From contig NC_057718.1 of NCBI RefSeq assembly GCF_004010195.1, positions 22,206,026 through 22,270,025 on the forward strand: a DNA stretch of 64,000 bases. The letters run 5' to 3'. The number at the start of each line of letters is the position of its first letter. Position 1 is the first letter of the stretch. Of this stretch, positions 1 through 12,232 are shown one piece after another. Source of the stretch: Chiloscyllium plagiosum. Taxonomy: Eukaryota. A program made the position numbers and the translations under genes. The notes below the pieces were generated by a model that worked only from the letters and a program-made list of their open reading frames with translations, was not told the origin of the DNA and did no database searches.

Positions 1-278
1 TTGGTTGGCAGTTGCTGCTCTCCTTTCTCCTCGCAGCGCTCTGCCTCTTCTTTTGGTGACGACCCTCCTTTCTTCCGTCCTCACTCTCCGAAGAGCTGTC
101 CGTGTCTTCCACCTGCAGCTGCCTTTTCCCCTTTTTTCTGGGAGGTCTTGGTGACCGGGTGGGTTTTCCTCTTCCTGTTTTTCACCACGGTCCATTCCTC
201 TGCCTCTTTCTTTCCCTTCTCCGTCTCCTCCTCCTGTCCGGTCGGAGCTTCGCTCGGCAGCTGTACCTCTCTGTCGAA
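1..278 (-). mobile_element. Probable L1/Tx1-clade ORF1 C-terminal low-complexity fragment (frameshifted), running off the left window edge
   Basis: Minus strand reads ..QEEETEKGKKEAEEWTVVKNRKRK.. then, after a frame change in an A/G run, GKRQLQVEDTDSSSESEDGRKEGRHQKKRQ. This K/E/S-rich tail with a WxxV+basic motif resembles Tx1/ZCCHC3-like ORF1 tails. It is CpG-rich relative to the flanks. Family assignment is by resemblance only. Confidence 0.4.
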
Positions 279-2343
279 CAGATATCCCAACCCAGTCTAG
301 TCCCACCTGCCAGCATCTGGCTCATATCACTCCAAACTCTTCCTATTCATATATCAATCCAAATGCCTTTAGAATGTTGCAATTGTACCAGCTTCCACCA
401 CTTCCTCTGGCAGCTCATTCCATACACGTACCACCCTGTGTGTAAAAACGTTTCCCTTCGATCTCTTTTATATTTTTCTCCTCTCACCCTAAACGTATGC
501 CCTCTAATTCTGGACTCTGCACCGTAGGGAAAAGACCTTGTTTATTTACCCTATCAATGACCCTTATGATTTTATACACCTCTATAAGGTCACCCCTCAG
601 CCCCAGACACTCCAGGGAAAACAGCCCTAACCTATTCAACTTCTCCCTGAAGCACAAATCCTCCAACCCTGGCAACATCCTTGTAATTCTTTTCTGAACC
701 CTTTCAACTTTCACAACATCCTTCTGATAGAAAGGACACCAGAATTGCATGCAACATTCCAACAGTGGCCTAACCAATGTTCTGTACAGCCGCAACATGA
801 CCTCCCAACTCCTGTACTCAATACTCTGACCAATAAAGGAAAGCATACCAAACACCTTCTTCACTATCCTATCTACATGTGATTCTATTTTCAAAGAGCT
901 ATACACCTGCACTCCAAGGTCTCTTTGTTCAGCAACACTCCCTAGGACCTTACCATTAAGTTTATAAGTCCTGCTAAGACGAGCTTTCCCAAAATGCAGC
1001 ACCTCACATTTATCAATGGGCCACTTCTCAGCCCATTGTTCCATCTGATCAATATCCTGTTGTAATCTGAGGTAACCTTCTTCGCTGTCCACTACACCTC
1101 CAATTTTGGTGTCATCTGCAAACTTACTAACTATACCTCTTATGCTCACATCCAAATCATTTATATAAATGATGAAAAGTAGTGGACCCAGCACCGATCC
1201 TTGTGGCACTCCACTGGTCACTGGCCTCCAGTCTGAAAAACAACCCTCCACCACCATCTTGCCTTCTACTTTTGAGCCAGTTCTGTATCCAAATGGCTAG
1301 TTCTCCCTGCAATCCATGAGATCTAACCTTGCTAACCAGTCTCCCACGGGAAACCTTGTTGAATGCCTTACTGAAGTCCATATAGATCACATCTACCACT
1401 CGGCCCTCATCAATCCTTTTTATTACTTCAGAAAACTCAATCAAGTTTGTGAGACATGATTTCCTATGCACAAAGCCATGTTGACTATCCCTAAGCAGTC
1501 CTTGCCTTTCCAAATACATGTACATCCTGTCCCTCAGGATTCCCTCCAACAACTTGCCCACCACCGACATCAGGTTCAATTGTCTACAGTTCCCTGGCTT
1601 GTCCTTGCCACCTTTCTTAAGTAGTGGTACCACATTAGCCAACCTCCAGTCTTCCGGCACCTCATCTGTGACTATTGATGATACAAGTATCTCAGCAAGT
1701 GACCCAGCAATCAGTCCGCTAGCTTCCCACAGAGTTCTCGGTTACACCTGATTAGATCCTGGAATTTTATCCACTTTTATGCATTTGAAGACATCCAGCA
1801 TTTCCTCCTCTGTAATATGGACATTTTTGCAAGATGTCACCATCTATTTCTCTACATTCTGTATCTTCCATATCCTTCTCCACAGTAGATACTAATGTGA
1901 AATACTTGTTTAGTATCTCTCCCATCTCCTGCGGCTCCACACAAAAGCCGCCTTGCTGATCTTTGACGGGTCCTATTCTCTCTCTAGTTACCCTTTTGTC
2001 CTTAATGTATTTGTAAAAACGCTTTTGATTCTCCTTAACTCTATTTGCCAAAGTTATCTGGTGTCCCCTTTTTGCCCTCCTGATTCCCTTCTTAAGTATA
2101 CTCCTACTGCCTTTATAGTCTTCCAAGGATTCACTTGATCTATTTTGTCTATACTTGATATGTACTTCCTTATTTTTCTTAACCAAACCCTCAATTTCTT
2201 TAGTCATCCAGCATTTCCTATACCTACCAGCCCTTCCTTTCACCCTAACAGGAATATACTTTCTCTGGACTCTTGTTATCTCATTTCTGAAGGCTTCCCA
2301 TTTTCCAGCCATCCCTTTACCTGCAAACATCTGCCCCCAATCA
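279..2343 (-). mobile_element. CR1-clade LINE (HER1-like), 5'-truncated, frameshifted ORF2 (RT)
   Basis: Overlapping ORFs 1767-2330, 1157-1660 and 484-1257 contain [30 protein letters not shown] and KFADDTK. The 3' terminal ~60 nt seen in the sister copy at 54221 is missing here. Confidence 0.95.
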
Positions 2344-2856
2344 CGGGAGAAATAAAGGTGAAAAAAATGTTAAAATTTCCAATAATAATTCTGATTTGAA
2401 GGAATACACTTATAACATTGGTTTTCAGTGCCAGAGCTGTATTCTGACTGTAATTAAGACTTATTGTATATTTGAAAATATACTTACAGTGGAGTGGACC
2501 AATGCTAATGTTTCTGGTGGGTTTAGCAGATGCATGTTGTATTTGTACAGCAACTTCACATGTTGCCCACATTTGATTGCTGACTTTTTGAACTTGGAGC
2601 TGCTATTGTGAAATTTGTTAACTCAGATAATAGCATTTTAGCTTCTGCATTTAATCCTGCATGTGCCATTTAACTGCACACATTGAAATTGTTGAAAATT
2701 TCTGTCTGGTTTACTCTTCAATGTCAATGAATGCTGTTATTCATTATTTCCAAAGCTAAATTCAGCCCAAAACCTGGCTTTATTTTGCAGCAAGATATCA
2801 CACTTGAGACTTGAATAGCTTAGAGAGTATCATCAGAAAGAGGAAAGTAAATGACT

Positions 2857-2958
2857 GAAACAGAAATAGAAATTGCTGTTAAATCTCAGCAGGTCTGGCA
2901 GCATCTGTGGAGAGAAATCAGCTAATATTTCAGGTCGAGTGACCCTTCCTCCGAACTG
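2857..2958 (-). mobile_element. Penelope-like terminal-repeat fragment with degenerate hammerhead motif
   Basis: gaaacagaaatagaaattgctg..cagcatctgtggagagaaatcag..caggtcgagtgacccttcctccgaac matches the end of the GIY-YIG element at 52240 and the copies at 29615 and 56860. Confidence 0.75.
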
Positions 2959-4113
2959 AAAATTTACAGTCTTGAATTCACTAATACAAACAATACATTT
3001 TTAGCAATGTCTGTTTAGTATATTCCCTCTTGTGTTCTTCCTTTTCGGATTTTTATTGACGTTTTATCACCAGATTATTTACCTTTAATTACTACTGCTT
3101 AGCCACTGCCAAATTAGTTAGTGTTTTGTCCATGTGACCATGATGTGGTCACTTGACAGAAACAGGGTTTTACTCAGAAACAATGGACTACATTGATAAA
3201 AAATTCTAATATGCATTTTGCACAGAATAGTGATGTGAAACTTACAAGATTGAGAAAATCCGTATATGAATCTACTTCAGCTTTCATATGTTTACCATTA
3301 GTTTTTCTCTCTCTACAAGTTCCTATGTCTGCATTTATAATGGAATTTATCTTTGAAAATTAATTAATCTAACTATATGCATCCAGCAGAGTTGGCACTC
3401 TAGCACTTCAGTTTTGTATCTCTCAGGTCTCCTGCCTGAACTATGGAGAAACTCCATTACACTAATTGACTGTTTCATGCTTCCTAATCTGCAATACATT
3501 CTTAAAAGAAAAATATTATATTAAAATTATTTAAATGTAAAAGTCAAGGCAGAATATGTAACTTTGAAATAAAGACTGCCTGCATGTTTTAACTTATGTA
3601 TCCCTTGACCTGTCACCATGTCTCATTTGAAGATGATACCTATTTAATTTCACTTTGGATAATGGCAAGACAAAGGTGATTAGCCTAAGCAGTGGAGAAG
3701 ACTGAGCACTCGCTTGAGTTCCTTTTCCACCTATTATCATTTTGGTTTGTCCATCTGATTTTACTGTTCATAGTGAAAAGGGCTCATGCAAATCCTCTCT
3801 CATGGCTGTCGCCAAAGCCGCTGTGACTGACAGTGAGTAGGTGGAAAGGGCCACTTGGACATGGATTAGTGTTCCAGTTTTCCATTCTTGCGCAGATGCC
3901 ACTTGGCACCACTCCACTTGATGTAATTGGAAACACAGCAGGGATCAAACCATGCTATCATTTATCTGTGATATTTATACTTACAGATTTCAAAAATCTT
4001 TTCTCTTTGACTGAATCTTAGAGGATCAGATTTTGTGGCAAGCTCTCCCATTTTTCCACATACACTATTAATGAATGCACAGCATATGAGAATCTTGGAA
4101 GGTTTTTCTTCAT

Positions 4114-4368
4114 GGAAAAGCGCAGCAGGCCAGGCAGCATCCAAGGAGCAGGAGAATCGACGTTTCGGGCATAAGCCCTTCTTCAGGAATGCATTCCTGA
4201 AGAAGGGCTTATGCCCGAAATGTCGATTCTCCTGCTGATTCCTGAAGAAGGGCTTATGCCCGAAACGTTAATTCTCCTGCTCCTTGGATGCTGCCTGACC
4301 TGCTGCGCTTTTCCAGCAACACATTTTTCAGCTCTGATCTCCAGCATCTGCAGCCCTCACTTTCTCCT
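4114..4368. mobile_element. Short Penelope-derived element, inverted plus tandem, with three hammerhead motifs and a 14-bp TSD
   Basis: TSD aggtttttcttcat at 4100-4113 and 4369-4382. Spacer-less palindrome 4147-4236. CTGAAGA-A-GGGC-TTAT-GCCC-GAAA at 4155-4190(-), 4193-4228(+) and 4238-4273(+). Confidence 0.88.
4155..4190 (-). ncRNA. Minimal type I hammerhead ribozyme motif (PLE-associated)
   Basis: Minus strand reads ATTC-CTGAAGA-A-GGGC-TTAT-GCCC-GAAA-CG-TC-GATT. The core is intact; stem I has one U-U mismatch. Confidence 0.65.
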
Positions 4369-4944
4369 AGGTTTTTCTTCATATCATGCAGTGCACAGCA
4401 AACTCCTTTTTTGCAAGCAAAATAACATGCTTGTGAAGAAAGTATCAGTCTTAAGCAGTTAGTTTTCAATTTTGCTGAATGCTGTTTTGTGTTGGAATAA
4501 TGAGAGAGATTTGAACAGTCCATGTATAGAATTCATTTTCATTCTTAAAGTGAAAATCTACATATTTCCTGTGATATTATTTAAAATTTCAGTCCATTGC
4601 TTGATTTTAATATATCAACCAAAATACAACCTCCATAGCTTCATTTCCTTGGAATTATCACCTTCAGAATCTCCAATGTTCCATCCTTGGCTCCTTCATC
4701 TTCCTCATTCAGACACTCCCTTCAACAACAAAGGTTATGTTTCATGCTTTCATGTGTATGGTGACAAAATCTGTTGCATGGACATGCCAGCCCATCTGCG
4801 AAAAGAGCTGCTCTTTGTGCCAACATCCTCTTTAAGTACTATATGGCTTGGTTTGTCTTGTGAGGCAGACCTAGTTTAACTAAAACAGTCTTTATAGTTA
4901 ACAAGATCAAGTTTACTCAATGTTGGCAAATATTGATATAACAG

Positions 4945-5243
4945 ACATAGAATCCTGATACTGTGGAAGCAGGCCATTCACCCCACTGAGTCCACAATGA
5001 CTCTCTGAGCAACATCCCATTCAAACCCAGCCCCTTACCCTGTGATCCTGCAATTCCCATGGCTAACCCACCTAACATGTAGTCTTTAGAATGTGGGATG
5101 AAACTGGAGCACCTGGAGGAAACCCATGTAGACATGGGAAGAATGTGCAAACTCCACCCAGACAGTCGCCTAAAACTGGGATCAAACTTGAGTCCTTGGC
5201 CTGTGATGCAATAGGGCTAACCACTGAGCCATCATGCCACCCC
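4945..5243 (-). mobile_element. HE1-type tRNA-derived V-SINE
   Basis: Reverse complement has a ggtggctcagtggttag A-box head, the gtggagtttgcacattct core and a CR1-like tail. Confidence 0.85.
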
Positions 5244-5630
5244 ACTGTTATGGAGTGTTTGGGGTGGACCAGATGCGAGAACTAATTTCTTTCAGACCCC
5301 AAGCTGCTCTGCCAACAAGTCCATACAATATCATCACAACAGGTAGTGCTTATTGCACTCCTCAATATTAACCCTTTCAGAACGATATGCAACATCTCCT
5401 CTCAAGATTGTTTCCCCCATTGATAACATCATTCATTTGTGTATATTATTACAGTTACTGCTACTCCATTTCCTATCCAAGTCTCTGATTTCACAAGTTT
5501 AGGCAATCCAGAGGTTTTATTGTTCTTCCAGAATACATTCTCTTTACTCAACATATTCTGTTTTGGAAGATTGGTAGTTTGCTGGCTGGAAGGTTGTTGT
5601 GTTGGATTTTCTGAATGAAAGTCTGCCAAA

Positions 5631-5903
5631 TGTGTGGAATGGTGGCTTAGTGGTTAGCACTGCTGCCTAACAGCACCAAGGACCTGGTTTGATTCCACCT
5701 TTGGGTGACTGTGTGGGGTTTGCAGATTCTCCCTGTGTATGTGTGGGTTTCCTCCCACAGTCCAAAGATGTGCTAAGTGGATTAGCCATGGGAAATGCAG
5801 GGTTACAGGGAAGGAGGTGGCTCTGGTTGGGATGCTCTTTGGAGGGTCATTGTTGACTTGATGGACTGAATGGTCTGCTTCCATACTGTAGGGATTCTGT
5901 GAT
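5631..5903 (+). mobile_element. HE1-type tRNA-derived V-SINE
   Basis: ggtggcttagtggttagcactgctgcc head, ending in ccatactgtagggattct. Confidence 0.85.
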
Positions 5904-6002
5904 GAATATGGTGGGGCCATTGTGCCCTCAAATTCCCCCCTGGGTTCATTCCAGTTGATCAGTAGTGGATGATAAGGTTCTTGTGGTTTCATTGTATGAG
6001 GT

Positions 6003-6545
6003 GCATAAAATTATGAGGGGTATAGATAGATTAGATTAGATTACATTACATTACAGTGTGGAAACAGGCCCTTCGGCCCAACAAGTCCACACCGACCCAC
6101 CGAAGTGCATCCCACATATACCCCTACATTTACCCCTTACCTAATACTACGGGCAATTTAGCATGGCCAATTCACCTGACCTGCACATCTTTGTGATTTG
6201 TGAGAGGAGGGTAGACTAGAAGGGACATTTCACCCAGTGGAGGAGTTAGTGTTCTTGCATCATAGTTTTAAGGTGAGGGGCAGGAGGTTGAGAAGGAATG
6301 TTTGGAGAAATGTTTTCATCCAGAGGGTGGTGGGAATCTGGAATTCATTGTAAGGGTGGCAGAGAAAGAAACCCTCATAATATTTAAGAAACACTTAGAT
6401 GTATACTTGTGATGCTAAGGCAAGCAAAGCAATAGGCCAAGTGCTAGAAAATGGGAATATAATAGTTAAGTGCTTGTTTTTGACTGGTGCAGAGTCGTTT
6501 GGCCACGTGGCCTTTTTCTGTGCTGTGGGCCTCCTTATGACTGTA
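6003..6545 (+). mobile_element. Old CR1 3' fragment interrupted by a SINE
   Basis: taaaattatgaggggtatagataga, then resumes after 6205 with ttttcatccagagggtggtgggaatctggaattc and the CR1 3' UTR. Confidence 0.75.
6029..6200 (-). mobile_element. 5'-truncated HE1-type SINE
   Basis: (ttaga)n/(ttaca)n tail, acagtgtggaaacaggcccttcggccc and gcaatttagcatggccaattcacct. Confidence 0.85.
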
Positions 6546-8263
6546 CCTTTCCTGTTCACACCTATTGCTGTTCTCCTAACTGTGACAATAATCTCACATG
6601 GGAGCATGTAGTGTGTGATCTGTGGTGCATAATTGGATTGCTTTTATTTACATCTTGGCAGTCCTGTGAATGTTAATGCTGAGTCAAATTCATTGGTAGG
6701 TTAGGGAGCTGAGTCTCCAGCTTCCTGCCTATCTGAACTCTGATGATGTTAGATCACAGCAGGGTAGGGGAGATGATAGCAGATATTAGCAGTGCCATCT
6801 AGAAGTTGGCATTCTTCTTCAAGAATATGTTAACTGCCCTGATCCCATTCTTGGCTTTTCCATTTCATTTTGAATGACTCGACAAGCTTGTGATAGGTTC
6901 AGATCTAGAGCTGATTGCAGATTGGATTTAGCTGTCTTCAGCAAACTGGAGCCCATTGTCTGAAACAATCATGTCGAGGATACCATAAATTGTCAGTGTC
7001 TCATGTAGGACTTGCACAAGAGCATCTGGAATTGTGGTGCACAACTTCTCCAGCTTTATTCCTTCGGAAAAATAATTATCACAATGAGGTATGATTTTCC
7101 ATCAACAACAAATAGATCTGTGGCTACCTGATCTCATGGTCCGGTGGGAAATGTGATGGTATCATTGGCTCTTGTTGCTTTGGTCTGCGATGAGTTCCTC
7201 AATATCAGAGATTACCACCCATCACACCACAGCTCTGGCTCGGTGATCCCCAAGTGTCCCTGGTGTAGCTTCCCTAGGACATCTCCTAAAGTGAAACTGG
7301 AATGAGCAGTCATTCATTATACACATGTAGGTTGGCAACAATTATAAAATACTGTCTGTGCTCAAAATATGTTTTCATAGCCAATCCATTGGGCCTTTCG
7401 TCTGGCCAACCCTCAGAACAATACCAGCAGATATTGAGAAGCCCCTGGTCCCTGGACTGCTCCTATCAGATTTGGCAAAGCCGGTTGTAGCTTTCTGATC
7501 ATTATGTTTCCATGGACTAAGTGTATTACCTGATTTCATAAACCAATTTAATATCATTCCTGGTAAGGTTGTCAACTGTTACACTGGACATGCATTTGCT
7601 GTCATCTGCAATTTTCCCTGCATGTACTCTATTTTCATAGACAAAACTCAGAAAAAGTCAAAATCACTGGATCACTGGAGGTATCCTTTTGAAGTTCAAT
7701 TCATCCAGTAGTGAAGCAAGAGGATTATTATCCGTTCTATTACATCATCAGACCAAGGATGTGTTCTAAAAATCTCTTGAACTCATGTAATTAAGGGAGT
7801 CTCTTTCTCAATCACAACTGATTATGTCTTCAATGCTCATGATACATAACTGACAAGTTTAAAACACCCATTTGGTTGCTCCTACATCTACAACTGATGC
7901 ACAGGTAATAAGATCTCTTGAATGTCAACATGACCTTGAAACCCTGAAAAGTATTCTCTTGGTGGGCTTTCATCCTTACATCTTCTTGACGAGTTGTATC
8001 AAGGGTTCCTCAGTAATTGCCAAGTGAAGGAAAGGTTTATCTTTGGAGATCATATACTAATTTGAGGATCTACAATTATAACTTCGCTGTTGACAGTATA
8101 CTGTATTCCCATGAACTAAACACATTCCTTGGATTGTTCACATTTGTCATTAAGTGCTTCTGCTTGTAAGTGCTTTATAATGACATGCATTGTCCGATCT
8201 TTCTCCCCAAGTTTCAATGTAGCATCCAGGTGGCATAAGACTTCATGAAGACCTTGTAAAATA

Positions 8264-8462
8264 CAGGTATTTCTGGTATAACACGTGTTTCGATAACCTG
8301 AATTGGCTATAACATGATTGACGAATAGTGGATACTGTTTGTATAGCGCAAACTTTCTACAGCACAGTTTAGCAATTTTCTATACTGATCTTCTGCAGTT
8401 CTATTTTCTATAGCGCGAGATTGCACAGGAACACAACCATCGCATTATACCAGAAATACCTT
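8264..8462. mobile_element. Tigger/pogo-type (Tc1-mariner superfamily) MITE
   Basis: TIRs caggtatttctggtataa / ttataccagaaatacct; TA at 8262-8263 and 8463-8464. It interrupts the Gypsy RT at ..RAMPN|ILQG. Confidence 0.88.
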
Positions 8463-8690
8463 TATTGGGCATAGCGCGTTGAAAAATCTCTGTCGGGCAG
8501 AGATGATTCCAAATGGTAATCTTTTGAAACAAAATCTCTGAAATTGATTGCTCATCTAATCGCACCTGCTAGTATTCACACTTTGCATCAGGTTTCACAA
8601 GCACTGTACGTTTGGATAGTTTACCTAAACTCTTGTCCAGAGTAGACATTAGGAGATTTCCTTCACCCCCAGTAAGCTGAAATGCGTACA

Positions 8691-9337
8691 TGTGATGATG
8701 CTGCCACTTTAAAAAGGTTATTTTCTCCTGTTTTTTTCTAAAGAGAGATTGTAAAGGCAGAGGTGTTGAAGTGGCTATTGCATATGGCCTAAGTCAACAG
8801 TTTATGAGGCCTTTAGATTTTTTTTTTAACAATTGTAACAATGGAAGGGGAGTGGCCAGTTTGCACAGATCAAGCTTTCTATTTATTTTAGCTGTTGCAG
8901 TCAGAAGCTGTTTGGGTCCTAGAAGAGTTTGAAGCTTCAGTAACTGATTCATGGCTGCACCTTTCTCTGAAATTTCTTTTGATGTTGTTTCATCCTGGAT
9001 TGGAAAACTGCATGTGTGAATCTGTGTCTGAATTTATCTTTTTGCCAAGGGGTGTGTTTATGGGATGTTGCTATGTTGGAACAGCTAATTGGTAATAGGT
9101 ACTGTATTTATTATTGAGTTAAGTTTTCCAATTGTTAAGTTATTCTAAATGGTTTTTCTTTTGTTTGTATTTTAATGATAGTGTTCAAATAAATTATTTT
9201 TTGCTTAACGTCAAGTAGTTTGACCAGTCACATTACATCTGGGACGCACATTTCACATCTCTCTTTAAAATAGGGAAAGTTAGGGTCTAGGCAATCTTCT
9301 TAAAATATTTTGACTGGATCTGGTCTGGTCCATAACA
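8691..9337 (+). mobile_element. Solo LTR (TG...CA)
   Basis: Starts tgtgatg and ends ggtccataaca, with AATAAA near 9188. Its 3' end matches the reverse complement of 34865-34925. The TSD is degraded. Confidence 0.72.
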
Positions 9338-9649
9338 GTAAGGAAGTCTGAATCTTTGGAACTCCTTGCCGCAGAGAACAGTACCATTGGGTTTGTGTAT
9401 GATAACTATGCCTGAGCACTGCTTGGTTGATTTGTGACTGGAAATTGATGTCCATTCTTGTCATTTCTGCAAGTTGCTTCTCAATTTTATTAAAAGAATT
9501 CTTTAAAGGATGTGAAATTTTCCTGGCTGTATATAGATATAAATGTTTAACATCTTTCTTCAGTGTGATACTGCAGTCTTCAGTATTCATCTTCCTTAAC
9601 TCTATAAATAATTTAGATTGTTCCTGTTGAAAGGAGCTCCTAAGCTTCT

Positions 9650-10475
9650 ATAAGAACATAAGAAATGAGAACAGGAACAATCTGTTTGGTCCCTAGAGCC
9701 TGTTTCACCATTCAGTTGTATCATGGCTGACCTAACACTTCTCACATCCGCTTTCCTTCCCTATAACCCTCACTTCCTCTGCTGATCAAGAATCTATGTA
9801 CCTACTTAAGACTAACAAACACAAGGGCTCTGCCCCCACAGCTCTCTGAGGCAAGGAGTTTCATCGCCCACTGAGAGAAGAATTTCCTCCTCATTCCACT
9901 CTTAAATTGGTACCCTTTAATTCTGGGACTTTGCCCTCTGGACTTAGACTCTCCCATGAGGGGAAATATCTTCTCAGCATTAACTCTGTCAAGCCCCTTA
10001 AGAATTATATATTTTCAATGAAATCACTCTCATTCTTCAGAACTCCAATGAGTGGAGTTTAATCTTTGCTCATAAGACAATCCGTCCATACCAGGGTTCA
10101 TCCTAGTGAATCTTCTATGAACTGCCTCCAATGAAAGAATTTAAAAAAAAAAATGGGGATCAAAGCTGCTCACAGTACTCCAGATATGGTCTCACCAGCA
10201 CTGGTATAATCACACTGAAGCTTCCTTACTCTTATATCCCAACCCCTTTGGAATATGGGCCAACATTCCATTAGCCTTCCTGATTAACCAGCTACACCCA
10301 TGTGCTAACTTTCTGTGTTTCATGCAAAAGTACTCCCAAGTGCCTATGTGCTGCAGTTTCTTTACAGTTTTTCTTTATTTAAATAATACTTTGTTCTGCC
10401 TTCCAAAATAAACAACTTCCCTTTTTCCCACATTATACACCATTTGCCAAGTTTTTGCCCACTTACTTAACCTTC
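9650..10475 (-). mobile_element. CR1 LINE 3' fragment (older subfamily, (ttcttatg)n tail)
   Basis: ataagaacataagaa tail; body includes acagtactccagatatggtctcacc (reverse complement of LVRPxLEYC). Confidence 0.85.
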
Positions 10476-10899
10476 TGCTGCTTAACCACTTTTGAATAAG
10501 GTAGAGATTAAGACATGTCTTCCTCCTCAAGAGCGAGAATTCTTGATGATAAAGTAAGTATAGGCCTTCTATTGTTTGGCATCCCCTTTATTGGAGAGTT
10601 GTTTGTTGCATTCCTTTATCTTATGTGTACTGATATGAATGCCATAGTTGTGGATATGGCAGCAGAAAGCCCTTTTAGGAATGTGGTTTGTCAAAGGACT
10701 ATGCACTAATAGACAGATTGGTTCATAAAATTTTGATAAGTCAGCTAAACTACAAATTATCAGTAACATTAGCCTTGGCTGTCCATATTAAGAATTTTCA
10801 GCAGATAATCGGGGATATAGTCCATATTAGTTAGTTTTTGGTAGAAATCTAAAGTTTCATAAGTAATAAGTGATCCACCCAGCTAGGGAAGGGACAACA

Positions 10900-11228
10900 A
10901 TTAGATTAGATACCCTACAGTATGGAAACAGGCCATTTGCCCCAATAAGTCCACACTCACCCTCCGAAGAGTAACCCATCCAGACTTATTCCCTTACCCT
11001 ATATTTACCCCTGACTAATGCACCTAACACTATGGGCAATTTAGCATGGCCAGTTCACCTGACCAGCACATCTGGATTGTGGGAGGAAACCGGAGCACCC
11101 GAAGGAAACCCACGCAGACATGGGGAGAATGTGCAAACTCCACACAAACAGTCGCCCAAGGCTGGAAACAAACACGGGCCCCTGGCGCTGTAAGGCAGCT
11201 GTGCTAACTACTGAGACACTGTGCCACC
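10900..11228 (-). mobile_element. HE1-type V-SINE, near full length
   Basis: ttagattaga tail, gggaggaaaccggagcacccg core and gtgctaactactgag..gtgccacc head. Confidence 0.92.
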
Positions 11229-12232
11229 ACTCTAATTAAGCTCTACATTGGTTGAGTATTTGAGTGCAATGCGCAAGTGCAAAACAGCTTCATAAAACTA
11301 AAATTACAAAGAATTTGGCAAGTGTTACAACTTTGTTAAATAAGAGAGGGGCATGAATAAAGGGGCCTGGTAAAGATTGCTGGTAAAGATAAAACAATAA
11401 TAATTGTGCAGCATGTGAACCAGATTGTTTGGGCACACATTTCAATATTGTTTGGTATAGATGAGAAATTTGTTGATTCGAAAGAATGTATAGAAAGTGA
11501 TAAAGAACCAGGTATTTCTTATGACCATAGGTTACAAAGGAATCAAACTATTGTAATTGACAGTTTGTCTGAAGAAGGACAGGTCAGTTCTGCTGTTTGA
11601 TATGAGGCCATCTGCTCCAAACGATGATGATCAATAGTGAGTACTAAATTGAAACATTTAATCAGGGGCTAGTCAATAGCAAAATGTGAATATTATCAGT
11701 ATTCGGGGAAGGCCACTGGAAAATATAATAAGTTAAATGTACAGGATGAACAGCAGGAAGGCTCATGGACTGGGAACATAAAGGTAAAACAAAATAGAAG
11801 ACAAGTAAGGACAAACTTGGATAGTAGCTCTGGGAGCTATCATGCCTCAAGAAAGAGATCACAGACTGTTGAAAGAAATGTTATCAGTGAAACAGGGAAA
11901 CAGGGAACAGTCCAGAAAGAGTTAGAAGCTAAGATACAGGACGCAGTTTATCAAGACAAAAGAATATAGGGCAGAACGGGAAAGCCACCAGGAGCAGAAT
12001 CCTCTGTGATCAGAAAGTCTTAGTGGCTACAAACAAGTTGGATGACAAGATAGTAAAAGTTGACAAACAAGAAAAGTTACAAAACTGGGGAGAATTTGGA
12101 GTGTGCGCAAAGGTACACGATCACAGACAGCCAACGCTGTCATTTAATTAGATATAGATGGAAAAGCTGTCTCCTGATGGATTCATAAGGCTAAAGCCCA
12201 AGGTTTTGAAGAAAAACTTAGGGACCAAGGTT

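Larger units (their letters stand above)
6600..9640 (-). mobile_element. Decayed Ty3/Gypsy pol (RT-RNaseH-integrase), interrupted by a MITE and a solo LTR
   Basis: My minus-strand translation gives, right to left: LYTARKISHPL, KPNGTV, RFCFKRLPFGIISA/EIFQRAM, an IEKE-like RNaseH segment, KLHQGHLGIT, VATDLFVVDGKSYLIV, YGILDMIVSDNGLQF, NGKAKNGIRAV and GRKLETQLP. The RT-RH-IN order is Gypsy-type. There are many stops and frameshifts. Confidence 0.85.
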
